NCBI GenBank assembly: GCA_002731275.1
Contig: PCBK01000106.1
Span: 37,333-101,332, forward strand
DNA: 64,000 nucleotides
Direction: 5' to 3'
DNA from: Deltaproteobacteria bacterium
Lineage (GTDB): Bacteria; Myxococcota_C; UBA6777
Below the pieces are notes generated by a model. That model made no database searches, had not been told where the DNA came from, and saw only the letters and a program-made list of their open reading frames with translations. Made by a program: the position numbers and the translations under genes. This document shows, piece by piece, positions 1 through 9,968 of this stretch; the first letter of the stretch is position 1, and each line of letters opens with the position of its first letter.

Positions 1-317
1 TCCACGATGAAGTCTTGAAGCGAGGCTCTCTCCCCCTCCGCCTTCTGCAAACATTTGTGAGAAAGTACATCCGACAGACAAAGACCAAGTAGCCCCCAAA
101 GCCCATTTTGCATGGGGTGTATTTGACCCTCTCCACGCCAAATCCAAGTCTCCGCTTACCCACCTGGGTCTGCAAAACCACTCATCATAAAGCACCAACA
201 AATCACCTAATCATTTCATTTTCATAAATAAATCCTTTCGCACTCATACGGCACATCATTTGCTTGGGTCGTTGGATGCAAAAAAGCATGCACGCACTTC
301 AATGAGGAGAGAAAGGG

Positions 318-1256
318 ATGAAAGACATACGAAAGAGATGTATGACAGAGCTGTCAAAGCTAACCACGCAGACCACGATGGAGACATGGCATCCAGAAGA
401 GCTCAACCACATCGCCCGTAAGCTCCTCTTCATGAATGATTTCATCCGTTACAATGTATTCCCTCCAGGCATCGAGCGCCGATTCGCACAGCTCGAAGAA
501 AAAGCTTCAACGCACGAACGAGCATCATTTTACAAAGGTCTGTTGCTCGTCTCGATGCTTGAGTTAACCAAGATACTCAATCAAAGCATCGTCACCTCAG
601 AGATTATGACGCTGTACGAGGGCTGGCTTGATCGCGTCTTGCACGAGTGCGGCAGCGACGAGGAAGAGAGCTACACAAAGAGCAACGACAAGATGCTCAA
701 AGACCTCGCAATCTGCACAGGGAACATGTATCCAGCAGGCGCACAAATCGTCGAGATCACAGGCATCGGAAAGCGCACATTCCTACAAGGGAGTCGCCTC
801 TCCCAGGCCAAGGGGCTGCTGTACCTGACACGCACACTCAAGCTCCAAACCGACTCCTTTTACCAGATCCACACGGATGACCGATACCTCCATGAGTTTA
901 GCGCCGAAGGGTTTTACAGGTGCTACCTGCGCATCGCCGACATGTTATTGCTCCATCCCGAGATCCAAGGAGTGTGGGGGGCGAGTTGGTTTTTTGACCC
1001 ACAGATACAACACATCAGTCCACACCTGGGGTATTTGTACTTACGACCATTCGAGAACGGTGCACACTTCTTCTACCAAGGAACCACAGCATCCGACATC
1101 ACAAATGCCACCTCAACATCGCGTTCTCGTCGAAAAAAAATGGAAGCAGGCGAATACACCCCCACAGGGTATGCAATGATCTGGCATCGACGAGAACTCC
1201 TCCAGTGGGCAGAAGACCAAAGGCGCAAAAACACAGCGGTGTCACAAGCAGTTTAG
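318..1256 (+). CDS. hypothetical protein (312 aa)
   Basis: ATG preceded by a GAGGAGAGAAAGGG Shine-Dalgarno-like stretch. Long ORF with balanced amino-acid composition. No family motif recognised by eye. Confidence 0.5.
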   Translation: MKDIRKRCMTELSKLTTQTTMETWHPEELNHIARKLLFMNDFIRYNVFPPGIERRFAQLEEKASTHERASFYKGLLLVSMLELTKILNQSIVTSEIMTLYEGWLDRVLHECGSDEEESYTKSNDKMLKDLAICTGNMYPAGAQIVEITGIGKRTFLQGSRLSQAKGLLYLTRTLKLQTDSFYQIHTDDRYLHEFSAEGFYRCYLRIADMLLLHPEIQGVWGASWFFDPQIQHISPHLGYLYLRPFENGAHFFYQGTTASDITNATSTSRSRRKKMEAGEYTPTGYAMIWHRRELLQWAEDQRRKNTAVSQAV

Positions 1257-1320
1257 AGCAAATAAATCAAAAAGCGCACCCTTTCAACTCTCTCCAACAC
1301 AGGTTCCTCGGAGGCCGGTT

Positions 1321-2379
1321 ATGATGTCCCTATCCAAACTCAAGCGAATGTCCCTGGACTTTGTCCATCAACAAGGATGGTTACACAAACTACCTTCTCT
1401 CAATGGCCACTCACTTCGAATCCTTTGCTATCATGGCTTCTCTATGATCGATGAACACGAGTGGGAACCCTTCACCTTCATGTCAGAAGATGTCTTCAGA
1501 GGGAGATTGCAGCTCCTCAAAGATGGGGGTTTCAACGTACTCCCACTGTCAGAAGCCCTCGAACGTCTGGCCAACCAAACGCTGCCCCCACTCGCGACAG
1601 TCATCACCATGGACGATGGGTGGTACTCCTCCATGTCAATCGGGCATAAAGTCTTGAAAGAGTATGGATTTCCCTACACTCTTTACGTGAGCAGCTACTA
1701 CTGCGAACACCAAGAGCCTGTGTTTAACATGGCGTTACAGTACCTGCTTTGGAAAAGAACGGTACAACACATCGACTTAGGAAAACTCTCCATCCCGCGC
1801 ACAGGGTTGATTCACCTTCAGGATCGCTTTAACCGTGAGGCTCTCCAGAGTGACTTGCTGCGCCTAGCAGGCTCATGGAGTCCGGAAGAATGCACAGCAT
1901 TTCTTCACGAACTTTCCGACGCATTAAGGATTCCAAGAGAAGATTGGTTTGATAACAGAATGTTCTCATACATGAATCGCGATGAGCTTGAAACGCTCGC
2001 CAAAGAAGGCGTCGATCTGCAGCTTCACACACACCGTCACTGTTTTCCCGATGACAAGGAAAAGATCAAACGCGAAGTGGAGGACAATCGCGCATTCTTG
2101 GAGCCCATCGTGGGAAAATCACTCACACATCTCTGCTATCCGTCAGGAGTGTACCGCGAAGACAAACTCTCCATCCTACGAGAGCTTGGTATCGAGAGTG
2201 GGACGACCTGTACATCGGACTGGAACCAACACACAACGGACCCACTGTTGCTGAACAGGTTTGTGGATGCACACCATTACAGCGACGGTCTGCTCTCAGC
2301 ATACCTGTATGATTTATTAGGGACAGCGCGAAATGCCCGACAAATACTCAATCGCCTCCGTCCACAAACATCATCTTAA
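1321..2379 (+). CDS. polysaccharide deacetylase (NodB-homology) family protein
   Basis: Motifs TMDDGW (the DD metal/catalytic motif), HTHRH and LCYPSG occur in the order expected for carbohydrate esterase family 4 deacetylases. Confidence 0.75.
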   Translation: MMSLSKLKRMSLDFVHQQGWLHKLPSLNGHSLRILCYHGFSMIDEHEWEPFTFMSEDVFRGRLQLLKDGGFNVLPLSEALERLANQTLPPLATVITMDDGWYSSMSIGHKVLKEYGFPYTLYVSSYYCEHQEPVFNMALQYLLWKRTVQHIDLGKLSIPRTGLIHLQDRFNREALQSDLLRLAGSWSPEECTAFLHELSDALRIPREDWFDNRMFSYMNRDELETLAKEGVDLQLHTHRHCFPDDKEKIKREVEDNRAFLEPIVGKSLTHLCYPSGVYREDKLSILRELGIESGTTCTSDWNQHTTDPLLLNRFVDAHHYSDGLLSAYLYDLLGTARNARQILNRLRPQTSS

Positions 2380-2448
2380 CGCTGAACCCAAATCCCCACT
2401 GGTACGTAACACTCACCATCAACATACAAAGATGGAGATGATGACGAT

Positions 2449-2955
2449 ATGCCTTGGACCATTATCAAACGCCGACTGGGTATCGCCGGGGGAAGAAAAC
2501 AACGACACGCGAGACAAAAACAGTGGGATACACGCTATGGCGAATCGCAGTGGGCCATTGGTTACCTGATCGATGGCGATTTCATGCTTCAAGAAGACGC
2601 GATTCAGCACGTCTACAACGCGAGCTACGCCGCTCACTTTGAAAACCACCCCTCTGATCTCGACGAACTGATCAAACTCGCACGCATGCTGCGCAACCCC
2701 CACGCGAGAGCAACAACAGGTGTCGACCTTCAGGTCCCTGCGATTATGGATTATTTGAAAAAGCAGGGGCTTATACTTCGTGGGAGGGAAGTTGTCGACA
2801 TTGGTTCATGGAAAGGACAAGCCTCCCACCCTATCAGCACAAGACTCAACCCCAACCAGATCAAATGTGTGCTCAACCCATCCCTAACACTCGAAGCCTT
2901 TTGGCAAAAAAAGAAGTGCCTCGCGATATGGAAAGATGAAGAGGAGAGTATATGA
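2449..2955 (+). CDS. hypothetical protein (168 aa)
   Basis: ATG with an upstream GGAGA. Composition is protein-like. No motif recognised. Competing antisense ORFs look like low-quality R/H/L-rich frames. Confidence 0.4.
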   Translation: MPWTIIKRRLGIAGGRKQRHARQKQWDTRYGESQWAIGYLIDGDFMLQEDAIQHVYNASYAAHFENHPSDLDELIKLARMLRNPHARATTGVDLQVPAIMDYLKKQGLILRGREVVDIGSWKGQASHPISTRLNPNQIKCVLNPSLTLEAFWQKKKCLAIWKDEEESI

Positions 2956-3099
2956 TAAGAGTGTAGGCACCGTACAAAGCGCTCTTCTTTGCAAGCGCAA
3001 TTGTCTGTGGTATCCTGTTTCCCATTCGAAGCAATGATAAGTGTTCGCTCGTGTTGGTGAGGTTGTGGAGACCTCCAGATTTTCACTTTTGGGAAACAA

Positions 3100-3957
3100 A
3101 TGCAACTCAAAAAACGTTACATCGCGCTGATCATCATTCTCCTTCTTATCGCTCTCCTCGCAGGATCTTGTATCTTCTTGAGTCATCCCAAACCAGACGG
3201 CGTCCCCGGTCCAAAAGCAGACGCCTTGGCCAAACGTATTCAACAACAAATGAATCTCAAAGCGTGGCGTGATACAGGCGCCATCCAGTGGATCTTTTCG
3301 GGCAGAAACAGACACATTTGGGACAAAAAGCGAAACTTCAGCATCGTACGATGGGGAAGTGGTCACAGCGAAGTGAAAGCCGTCTTCTCTATCCCCTCCT
3401 ACAAAAAAGGCGTCGTTTACCAGGGTAACAAGAAAGTGAACGACCCCGAAAAACGGCAAAAACTCCTCAAAAAAGCCTATGCCGCGTGGATCAACGACAG
3501 CTTTTGGTTGAACCCTATCGCAAAATTCTTCGACAAAGGAACAACACGTCGACTCGTCACAAACAAAGACGGCTCCAACAGCCTACTCGTCGAATACAAA
3601 AGCGGTGGGCTGACACCTGGTGACGCGTACCTTTACGAACAAGGAGCTAATGGACTCCCCAAACGCTGGCGCATGTGGGTCTCCAACATCCCGATCAGAG
3701 GACTCGCTGCGACGTTCAGTGGCTGGGAGACCTTGTCCACCGGCGTCAAAATCAGTACGAGCCACGATATCGGCTTTTTTGTCCTAAAGTTGAGCGACGT
3801 GAAAGCCGCAAAAGACATCAGAAACTTGTTGGGAAAAGACCCCTTCACCGAGCTCGTCGCGAAGAAAAATGCTGCGCAACCGACCTCAAAACGCACCCCT
3901 TCCCCCAAACCAACAACCCCCAAACCAACAACCCCCAAACCAACGACCCCCCGATAA
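3100..3957 (+). CDS. membrane-anchored hypothetical protein with Pro/Thr-rich C-terminal tail
   Basis: N-terminal hydrophobic helix YIALIIILLLIALLAGSCIF. C-terminal PKPTT x3 linker-like tail. Confidence 0.6.
   Translation: MQLKKRYIALIIILLLIALLAGSCIFLSHPKPDGVPGPKADALAKRIQQQMNLKAWRDTGAIQWIFSGRNRHIWDKKRNFSIVRWGSGHSEVKAVFSIPSYKKGVVYQGNKKVNDPEKRQKLLKKAYAAWINDSFWLNPIAKFFDKGTTRRLVTNKDGSNSLLVEYKSGGLTPGDAYLYEQGANGLPKRWRMWVSNIPIRGLAATFSGWETLSTGVKISTSHDIGFFVLKLSDVKAAKDIRNLLGKDPFTELVAKKNAAQPTSKRTPSPKPTTPKPTTPKPTTPR
3904..3948 (+). repeat. 15-bp tandem repeat x3 (cccaaaccaacaacc) encoding PKPTT repeats
   Basis: Three consecutive near-identical 15-nt units read directly in the sequence, with one a-to-g change in the third copy. 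Confidence 0.85.
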
Positions 3958-3970
3958 ACGTGGAGCGCGC

Positions 3971-4858
3971 ATGAGAATCTGGACGCTAGCCCTGGCTTTT
4001 TCCCTTTGTGTCCTTTGGGACTGCTCCTCACCCAAACAAGCAGGCGAAGCGTGCGAGAAAGACACACAGTGCGCTTCCCCCCTGATTTGCCAAAATCAGC
4101 AGTGTACACAACCAAAAAACAAAGAGCCTTCACAGGAACCAACAGCGAAGGAAAGCGTTCAGGACGCAGCCCCTCAAGAGCAAACAGGGACGTGCCCAGC
4201 GGCCTGTCTTGTGGATGGTGATTGTGAGGTCTGTGGCGATTACTACTGTGCTGGAGGTGCATGTATTCCCCGCCCAAAAGCCTGCCCCGAAAGTTGCTCA
4301 TCAGATCAAGATTGCCCTGCCAACGCTTGTGGCGCGCGTACAGCTTGTATCGGAAAGCGCTGTAAAGTGGCCTGCCCCTCATCGTGCACAAAGGATGAAG
4401 AGTGTCAGGTCTCCGGTTGCGGTGAGAAAGTCAGATGTGACAACGGCACCTGCTCTCCACCTCCACAAGGAGAGACCTGCCCAACCTCCTGTGTCAAACA
4501 CGAAGATTGCCCTGCGACAAAGTGCGGCGCAAAGAACCAGTGCATCGGAAACGTCTGTAAAGAGCCGCTCGTTGGTTGCCCCGAGGTGTGTTTTACGGAC
4601 GATGATTGTGAGGTGCCTGCGTGCGCAAACAAAGTCATCTGCTCAGCCGGTGCCTGTCGAGCACAAGATGCGCTGACCTGCCCCCAAAGCTGCCAAAGTG
4701 ATCTCGACTGTATGACCATCCCCGATTGTTGCCCACGGACGATGTGTGTCGGCAATGTTTGCAAGGACACAGGGTGTCCTTGCACTTGCAATACAGATGT
4801 AGATTGCCAAATTCAGGGGTGCAAACAAAAAAAATGCACACAAGGTGTGTGTCGCTAA
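3971..4858 (+). CDS. cysteine-rich repeat lipoprotein (about 7 repeats of CPxxCxxDxDC...CxxGxC)
   Basis: The internal ATG at 3971 gives a signal peptide MRIWTLALAFSLCVLWDC with a lipobox-like LWDC. Repeats of 30-33 aa have fixed Cys spacing. The first 34 codons of the tracked ORF overlap the upstream gene and are probably not translated. Confidence 0.75.
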   Translation: MRIWTLALAFSLCVLWDCSSPKQAGEACEKDTQCASPLICQNQQCTQPKNKEPSQEPTAKESVQDAAPQEQTGTCPAACLVDGDCEVCGDYYCAGGACIPRPKACPESCSSDQDCPANACGARTACIGKRCKVACPSSCTKDEECQVSGCGEKVRCDNGTCSPPPQGETCPTSCVKHEDCPATKCGAKNQCIGNVCKEPLVGCPEVCFTDDDCEVPACANKVICSAGACRAQDALTCPQSCQSDLDCMTIPDCCPRTMCVGNVCKDTGCPCTCNTDVDCQIQGCKQKKCTQGVCR

Positions 4859-4894
4859 GGCCTGAATGCTTCTCCAACACGAGATCACCGACAA

Positions 4895-6304
4895 ATGAAA
4901 GAGACAACCTTCCCACGAGTCGCAGCCCTTACACTCGAACAAATGGTGCAACGCTCACATAAAAAAGAGTTGCGAAATGCCTTTTTGCTGCTCTTGCTCA
5001 CAGCAGGTATCGTACATCACTGGTACCAACGCTTCTTTCCACAATACCCGTGGTACGGACTGATCGGATTTGCCATTGCGCTTCTATGGTTGTGGCTACA
5101 ATCCGATCTTCCACAGGGCGTCCCCGTCGATAACGCTCCAAAAGACCAGCTCGGAGAGTACACACCTGAGCAGATCAAGCAACTCGTCGCAGAAGTCTGC
5201 AGAAGTTACAAAGAACACGAAATTCCAAACATTTACATCATCGATACGATGGAGGGACAGGCAGCCGTCGTCAACGTCGATGGGCTCAACTTCATCAAAC
5301 CCTGGAATGCAGTGTATCTGAGTCCATATATCCTCTATAACCTCGATCCAGACGAACTAAAATCTGTTTTGGCGCACGAGATGTGTCACTTCAGCAAACA
5401 CTATACGATCTGGGACCGTTTCTTCTATATCAAAATCCCCATCTTTGCGTTTTGGATCATGGCATTGCTCAATTACCCTATCGACTGGTTCTACAACTGG
5501 GTCCAAGGAGAGACAAGAGGATTTTGGTATTACGTGTGGTGGGTTATCGCGCTCTCCTTTTTCTCTTTTGTCTGGAAAGTCGTGATGTTCTTAGTCAGCA
5601 TCGTCGCGACCCTGATCGTCCGCGGAGACGAACAGGCTATCGAGTCCCTATGTGATTACGAAGCCTCCAAACGCTATGGTGTGTTGCCAACAGTGAACGC
5701 CTTGTTGAAAATCGGTTCGAGACAGGAGATCATCAACGCGGTGGTTGCCCAATTTAGCCCCCATGAGACAAAACCGGAGACCTCACAAACTGAGCTTGAA
5801 GCGTCTCTTCATCCTGCAAAAGAGAGCACAGAGGGAGCTTCGGAGAGCGACCAAGAGGTGAAGATCAAACATGTCGATCACACCAAAAAGGCAGAAGATG
5901 AGGAGGTCTCTCTCGAATTCAACAGGATGGCTGCGATGAGGATCGCTCTTACAGAGCTCGAAAACCTTCTCACACCCAAGTTCATATCCCTCGAAGAGGC
6001 ACAAGACATCATCGAAGCAGCCGTCCAAAAAGGGCTCGAAGAGACGACGGCGCAGCGATACCAGCACAAAAAAAGAAAACTGTTGAGATGGCAGGCGTTT
6101 GACAACATCTTCGTCAACCAAAAGCTCGAAGCCGAAGAGTACACCAATTTCATCGACGCGCTCAAAAGCAACCCCTCCAAACCCCTCTTTTATCTCGCCG
6201 AAGAGATCGACGAGGAGGTCGCAGACGAAGACGTACACCCTCCTCTCAGCAAACGTATTCTCTTCCTCGAATACAACCGCGAACACGGCGCACTATCTCT
6301 TTAA
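4895..6304 (+). CDS. membrane-bound M48-like zinc metallopeptidase
   Basis: HExxH motif (LAHEMCHF) flanked by several hydrophobic helices. Long acidic, helical C-terminal region. Confidence 0.6.
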   Translation: MKETTFPRVAALTLEQMVQRSHKKELRNAFLLLLLTAGIVHHWYQRFFPQYPWYGLIGFAIALLWLWLQSDLPQGVPVDNAPKDQLGEYTPEQIKQLVAEVCRSYKEHEIPNIYIIDTMEGQAAVVNVDGLNFIKPWNAVYLSPYILYNLDPDELKSVLAHEMCHFSKHYTIWDRFFYIKIPIFAFWIMALLNYPIDWFYNWVQGETRGFWYYVWWVIALSFFSFVWKVVMFLVSIVATLIVRGDEQAIESLCDYEASKRYGVLPTVNALLKIGSRQEIINAVVAQFSPHETKPETSQTELEASLHPAKESTEGASESDQEVKIKHVDHTKKAEDEEVSLEFNRMAAMRIALTELENLLTPKFISLEEAQDIIEAAVQKGLEETTAQRYQHKKRKLLRWQAFDNIFVNQKLEAEEYTNFIDALKSNPSKPLFYLAEEIDEEVADEDVHPPLSKRILFLEYNREHGALSL

Positions 6305-6319
6305 ACCCTCCGGCCCAGC

Positions 6320-7255
6320 TCAATACTGAAAGGGACTCGCAGCCCAACGTTTGCGGCTGTTGTAATAGGAACGTTGCGCACCGTAAAACACGGCGACACC
6401 AATCACCCCAACATTTCGGCTGCTTCCTGTCATACGCTTGGCGTAAGAGCGACGAATGCTGCTAAACCGAAACGCAGCGACGTGTGTGTAACTACGACGA
6501 AATCCCTTCAAGCACAATGTCGCGTGGGGGCGAATCAAATACCCTCGCTTCTCCGTCGTTGCGCGCTTTCCATCGATGACATCCAACCCATCGACGGAGA
6601 TCACAGCCTCAATGGTGCGCCCTGTGTGATTGCGAACGCGGATCTGATAACGTCGATTGTGTCGTCCGATCACCAAAGTCCGCCCTCCCCATCTCATCCC
6701 AGAGAAAGCCCGCCCACGTGTGTCGACGAGTTGTACACTGACCCCACCATAGGAAACGTAAGGAACAGGACGACAACAAGTACGATAACGGCGAATTTGT
6801 CGAGCCATCGCACGGACACCACTCGCATCATTGTAATGGATACGGATCGTACGAGAGGGGCGATGGCTCGCTCTTGTAAACGAGACCTCATGGACAGGAG
6901 CGTACAACGACTCACCATAGGAAGTCCCCAAGCCACGCCTTGTACGACGACGACGGTGAGTTCTGCGCCGAGGCATCAGGTCGCTGTTTGTGCGCATTCT
7001 GCGATGGCTCCTGTACGGAAGAGACTTGGCCGAAGGCGCAGCTGATCGTGGCGCTCTCATTCCACCATAGCTCCTGGCGTAGCGCTTCTGTGGCGCACGG
7101 CTGCTTGTCTCAACATCCCCGTCATCCGTAGAAATACGCGACGTCCTGTGTGATTGAACAGACTTTGTCTGCACAGCACAACCTGAACCAACCATAGACA
7201 CAAACAAAATACACGCGATAGACATGCTCGTTTGACGTTGTGATCTGCTCTTCAT
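6320..7255 (-). CDS. arginine-rich putative lipoprotein
   Basis: Signal/lipobox-like SMVGSGC. Strongly basic, with runs such as RRRTHRRRRTRRG. Last gene of the ECF sigma operon on the minus strand. Confidence 0.55.
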   Translation of the reverse strand: MKSRSQRQTSMSIACILFVSMVGSGCAVQTKSVQSHRTSRISTDDGDVETSSRAPQKRYARSYGGMRAPRSAAPSAKSLPYRSHRRMRTNSDLMPRRRTHRRRRTRRGLGTSYGESLYAPVHEVSFTRASHRPSRTIRIHYNDASGVRAMARQIRRYRTCCRPVPYVSYGGVSVQLVDTRGRAFSGMRWGGRTLVIGRHNRRYQIRVRNHTGRTIEAVISVDGLDVIDGKRATTEKRGYLIRPHATLCLKGFRRSYTHVAAFRFSSIRRSYAKRMTGSSRNVGVIGVAVFYGAQRSYYNSRKRWAASPFQY

Positions 7256-7371
7256 CGACTTCTCCTGTTGGTCTTCTATTTGTCATGTGGGGCTTACGTG
7301 ATTCGATCATTTGCAGGTAAAACGTATTGAGGAGGAAGAGCTTACACTTTGCGTAAAAAAAGTGAAAACCT

Positions 7372-7953
7372 TTAGGGTTGGCAGGTTTTGCAGCTATTTT
7401 GGGCGTGGAGACAATCTCGGTTGGCCTTCTTACAGATCATCTGAAAAGTGATCTTCGACGGGAATCGCTTTGCGATCTTACAAATACGCATCGCAGAACG
7501 ACAAATCCCCTTTGCAGCGAGACAAATCGTTTGACACCTTGTTCGCTTGCGTTGTTTCTTGGAGCCCCTTCGAGTGGACGTCGCACTCAACCCACCTCTG
7601 ACACCGGAAAAACGACGCACTTGAGGAGACGATGGTCGCGGAGAGGATGGTGGTGCAGAGTCAACTTGTGGAGTACTCTTTCTGCTGGTTCGACTCTCTA
7701 CCGTGTTGGCATTCTCGTTGGTTCTTTTCCTTCTCACAGCGTCATTGTTTGCGTTGGAAAAATATCGCCGCTTGGTTTGCTCGATAAAGCGGTGAAGGCG
7801 AGCGACTTCTTGCTGCGCGCTGTTCGGGCTGTTGATGGAGTTCATCGTCCGAAATGTCGGTTGCATAGTCTTTTTCTGGGAGCTGCAACCCATCCCAACA
7901 TAGCCCAGAAGAAAGAGCACACCGATCACGCGAAAGAAACGAAGACGATTCAT
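7372..7953 (-). CDS. putative lipoprotein with Cys-rich C-terminus
   Basis: Signal peptide with lipobox (LLGYVGMGCSS). Its start lies 4 nt inside the end of the upstream gene. C-terminal region has 8 Cys. Confidence 0.5.
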   Translation of the reverse strand: MNRLRFFRVIGVLFLLGYVGMGCSSQKKTMQPTFRTMNSINSPNSAQQEVARLHRFIEQTKRRYFSNANNDAVRRKRTNENANTVESRTSRKSTPQVDSAPPSSPRPSSPQVRRFSGVRGGLSATSTRRGSKKQRKRTRCQTICLAAKGICRSAMRICKIAKRFPSKITFQMICKKANRDCLHAQNSCKTCQP

Positions 7954-8558
7954 GGTGCCCTCCTATGGACGCGGGGTCTTTTGTGGGGCACGCCCGTTTG
8001 GATCTTCTTTTTCTTCTTCTCGACGGCGATCACTTTTTTGTTGATCTCAATGGAGCGCTGGTATGCATTGAGAGCTTCTTGTGGTTGCCCTATCTCCTCA
8101 AGAATGCGCCCACGAACGTGGTACAAGTGAGCTGTATAAAAGGAAATATCTGCGGGCGTAAGAGACGCGATCACAGTATCAATTGTCGTGAGCGCCTGCC
8201 GGACCTGCTTGCCCTCCATTTGCATCATCGCCTTGCGCGCCCAAGCATCCCATATCGCCTCTTTTCCTGCTCGAAATGACTTTGGAAAAGAAATCTTGAT
8301 GATCTTGTCCATCTCTTCAATCGCTCGCTCGCGATGACCGAGCTTGAGTGAAATAGCGGCTCTGCGGTGATGACTACGAATCATCGATAATTTCGAGAGC
8401 GTAGCCTCCTCACTGTCTTTGGGTGTCCTGCTCTTCCCCGAACATCCGAACAGCAAGACACACATCAAAGCAACCCACCAAAAGGGAGATGTTTTACATT
8501 TTTGCACGCTTAGAACCTCTGGCCTTGAGTACGTTTCGTAGTGTAGTGATGAACCCAC
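7950..8558 (-). CDS. TPR-like lipoprotein
   Basis: Lipobox LLFGCSG. Helical repeat sequence with TPR-like A/Y/G spacing (for example AHLYHVRGRILEEIGQPQEALNAYQRSIEI). Confidence 0.55.
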   Translation of the reverse strand: MGSSLHYETYSRPEVLSVQKCKTSPFWWVALMCVLLFGCSGKSRTPKDSEEATLSKLSMIRSHHRRAAISLKLGHRERAIEEMDKIIKISFPKSFRAGKEAIWDAWARKAMMQMEGKQVRQALTTIDTVIASLTPADISFYTAHLYHVRGRILEEIGQPQEALNAYQRSIEINKKVIAVEKKKKKIQTGVPHKRPRVHRRAP

Positions 8559-9148
8559 CGCCCTCGCCTTTCACGAAGCATCGAGTCCACAACCTTGCCA
8601 ACTCTCTCCGCTGAAGACCGCGTGGCATGGAAAGGATTTTGTGTTCCTCTCCAAGGACTTTGGTACGTCGACTTCAACGAAAGTGTTTCAGAGCGCTGCT
8701 GTGACACGCGGTACTGCGTGACCCCCACCAAAACCAGCACACACGCCATCGCTCCGGCCAGCACCCACGGGGCTTTAGGACGGAACCACGACAACATGTG
8801 TTCGAGCAGTGTCTGACGCGGTTGTTGCGCAGTATGCTCCGAAAACGCATCCAACACAGCATCCTCAATCGAGGAGAAAGAAGCAGGATCAAGTGTGGGA
8901 GGAGCTTGCGTGTGCCGTAAAAGTTGCAGTGACGTCCACAGCTCCTCCTCTTCGAGAGCGTCCGCCGAGTATTCATCATCGTCAAGCCCAAGCGCAGCAA
9001 GTTCCTGACGAATAAGTGCAATATCTTGTGCTTGGGAGTACGGTGTAGAGGAATCCCCAAGCCAACGATCGACCTGCGCGCCAAGCGCAGAAGATCGTTG
9101 AACTTCCTCCTCCACGTTTTCGTGGTGTGGGGATTTATGTTGTGTCAT
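8510..9148 (-). CDS. putative anti-sigma factor (single-pass membrane protein)
   Basis: The ATG at 9148 overlaps the sigma gene stop in an ATGA arrangement. Central TM helix WVLAGAMACVLVLVGV. The position directly after an ECF sigma gene is typical of anti-sigma factors. Confidence 0.55.
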   Translation of the reverse strand: MTQHKSPHHENVEEEVQRSSALGAQVDRWLGDSSTPYSQAQDIALIRQELAALGLDDDEYSADALEEEELWTSLQLLRHTQAPPTLDPASFSSIEDAVLDAFSEHTAQQPRQTLLEHMLSWFRPKAPWVLAGAMACVLVLVGVTQYRVSQQRSETLSLKSTYQSPWRGTQNPFHATRSSAERVGKVVDSMLRERRGRWVHHYTTKRTQGQRF

Positions 9149-9741
9149 GTCGATGACTCCTTCGATTCCCATTGTTTTCGAAAAGCCCGAAGTGCCCTAT
9201 GAAAGAGCACATCAAACGTTGCGACTTGTACTTGCAATCGACGCGCACATTCGGCGCGTGGAAGCTCCTGAAAAAGACGCAGCTCCAAGGCAAGCTTGTA
9301 TCGTGGATTGAGATCATCCAGACACAACGCGACTTGCTCTTTCAAACGTTGCTTTTCTTCTTCTTCTTCCATGATTTGCTGTGCAGAATGTACGGGTGCC
9401 AGCCCGTCAATCTCTTGTCGGTATGCACCTTTTCCACGATGTTCTCGGCTTGTTCGTCGATGAACATCAAGCGCACGGTTGCGCGCGATCCGCGCCAACC
9501 AAGGGAAAATCCCTTTCGACTCATCCCACTGAAAAGATTGGATTTGTTTGATGCAAGTGATAAATGTCTCTTTGAGAACATCTTCAGCGGCCGCTTGATC
9601 GACCAGCGTGGGAAAAATCACCTGTCGATACAACCGCTCGGCATGCATCTTGTATAATCCAGCGATACCAGCCTGTTGACCTGATTGAGCCTGTCGCACA
9701 TATCGCCATTCACGCTGTAACGGGTCCAGACCAGCCTCCAT
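9145..9741 (-). CDS. ECF-type RNA polymerase sigma-70 family factor
   Basis: Region 2-like FPWLARIARNRALDVHRR. Region 4 HTH LPRAECARRLQVQVATFDVLFHRALRAFRK. Size is about 198 aa. Confidence 0.85.
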   Translation of the reverse strand: MEAGLDPLQREWRYVRQAQSGQQAGIAGLYKMHAERLYRQVIFPTLVDQAAAEDVLKETFITCIKQIQSFQWDESKGIFPWLARIARNRALDVHRRTSREHRGKGAYRQEIDGLAPVHSAQQIMEEEEEKQRLKEQVALCLDDLNPRYKLALELRLFQELPRAECARRLQVQVATFDVLFHRALRAFRKQWESKESST

Positions 9742-9968
9742 TCTCTTGTGCGTCTGTCACCTGTCGGTCACATCTACTTATCCAACGTCTTTCGTCGCTA
9801 CACCTTACACTCCAAAAGAAAAAAATTCAAAATACTCGAAAAAGAGCCATATATCAGAACATTGGCAAGTTCCATCGTTTGTGATATGCATCTCCCACCG
9901 GCACCTACGCAGCCCTCTCCATACAATACGTATCACTGTCACCATCAACAAAGCAACAAAAGGCGGCT

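Noticed and set aside
1-113. Possible 5' end of a minus-strand gene running off the window start (ATG at 113, MQNGLWGLLGLCLSD...).
   Set aside because: Only about 37 codons are visible, with no motif and no convincing ribosome-binding site, so it cannot be supported from this window.
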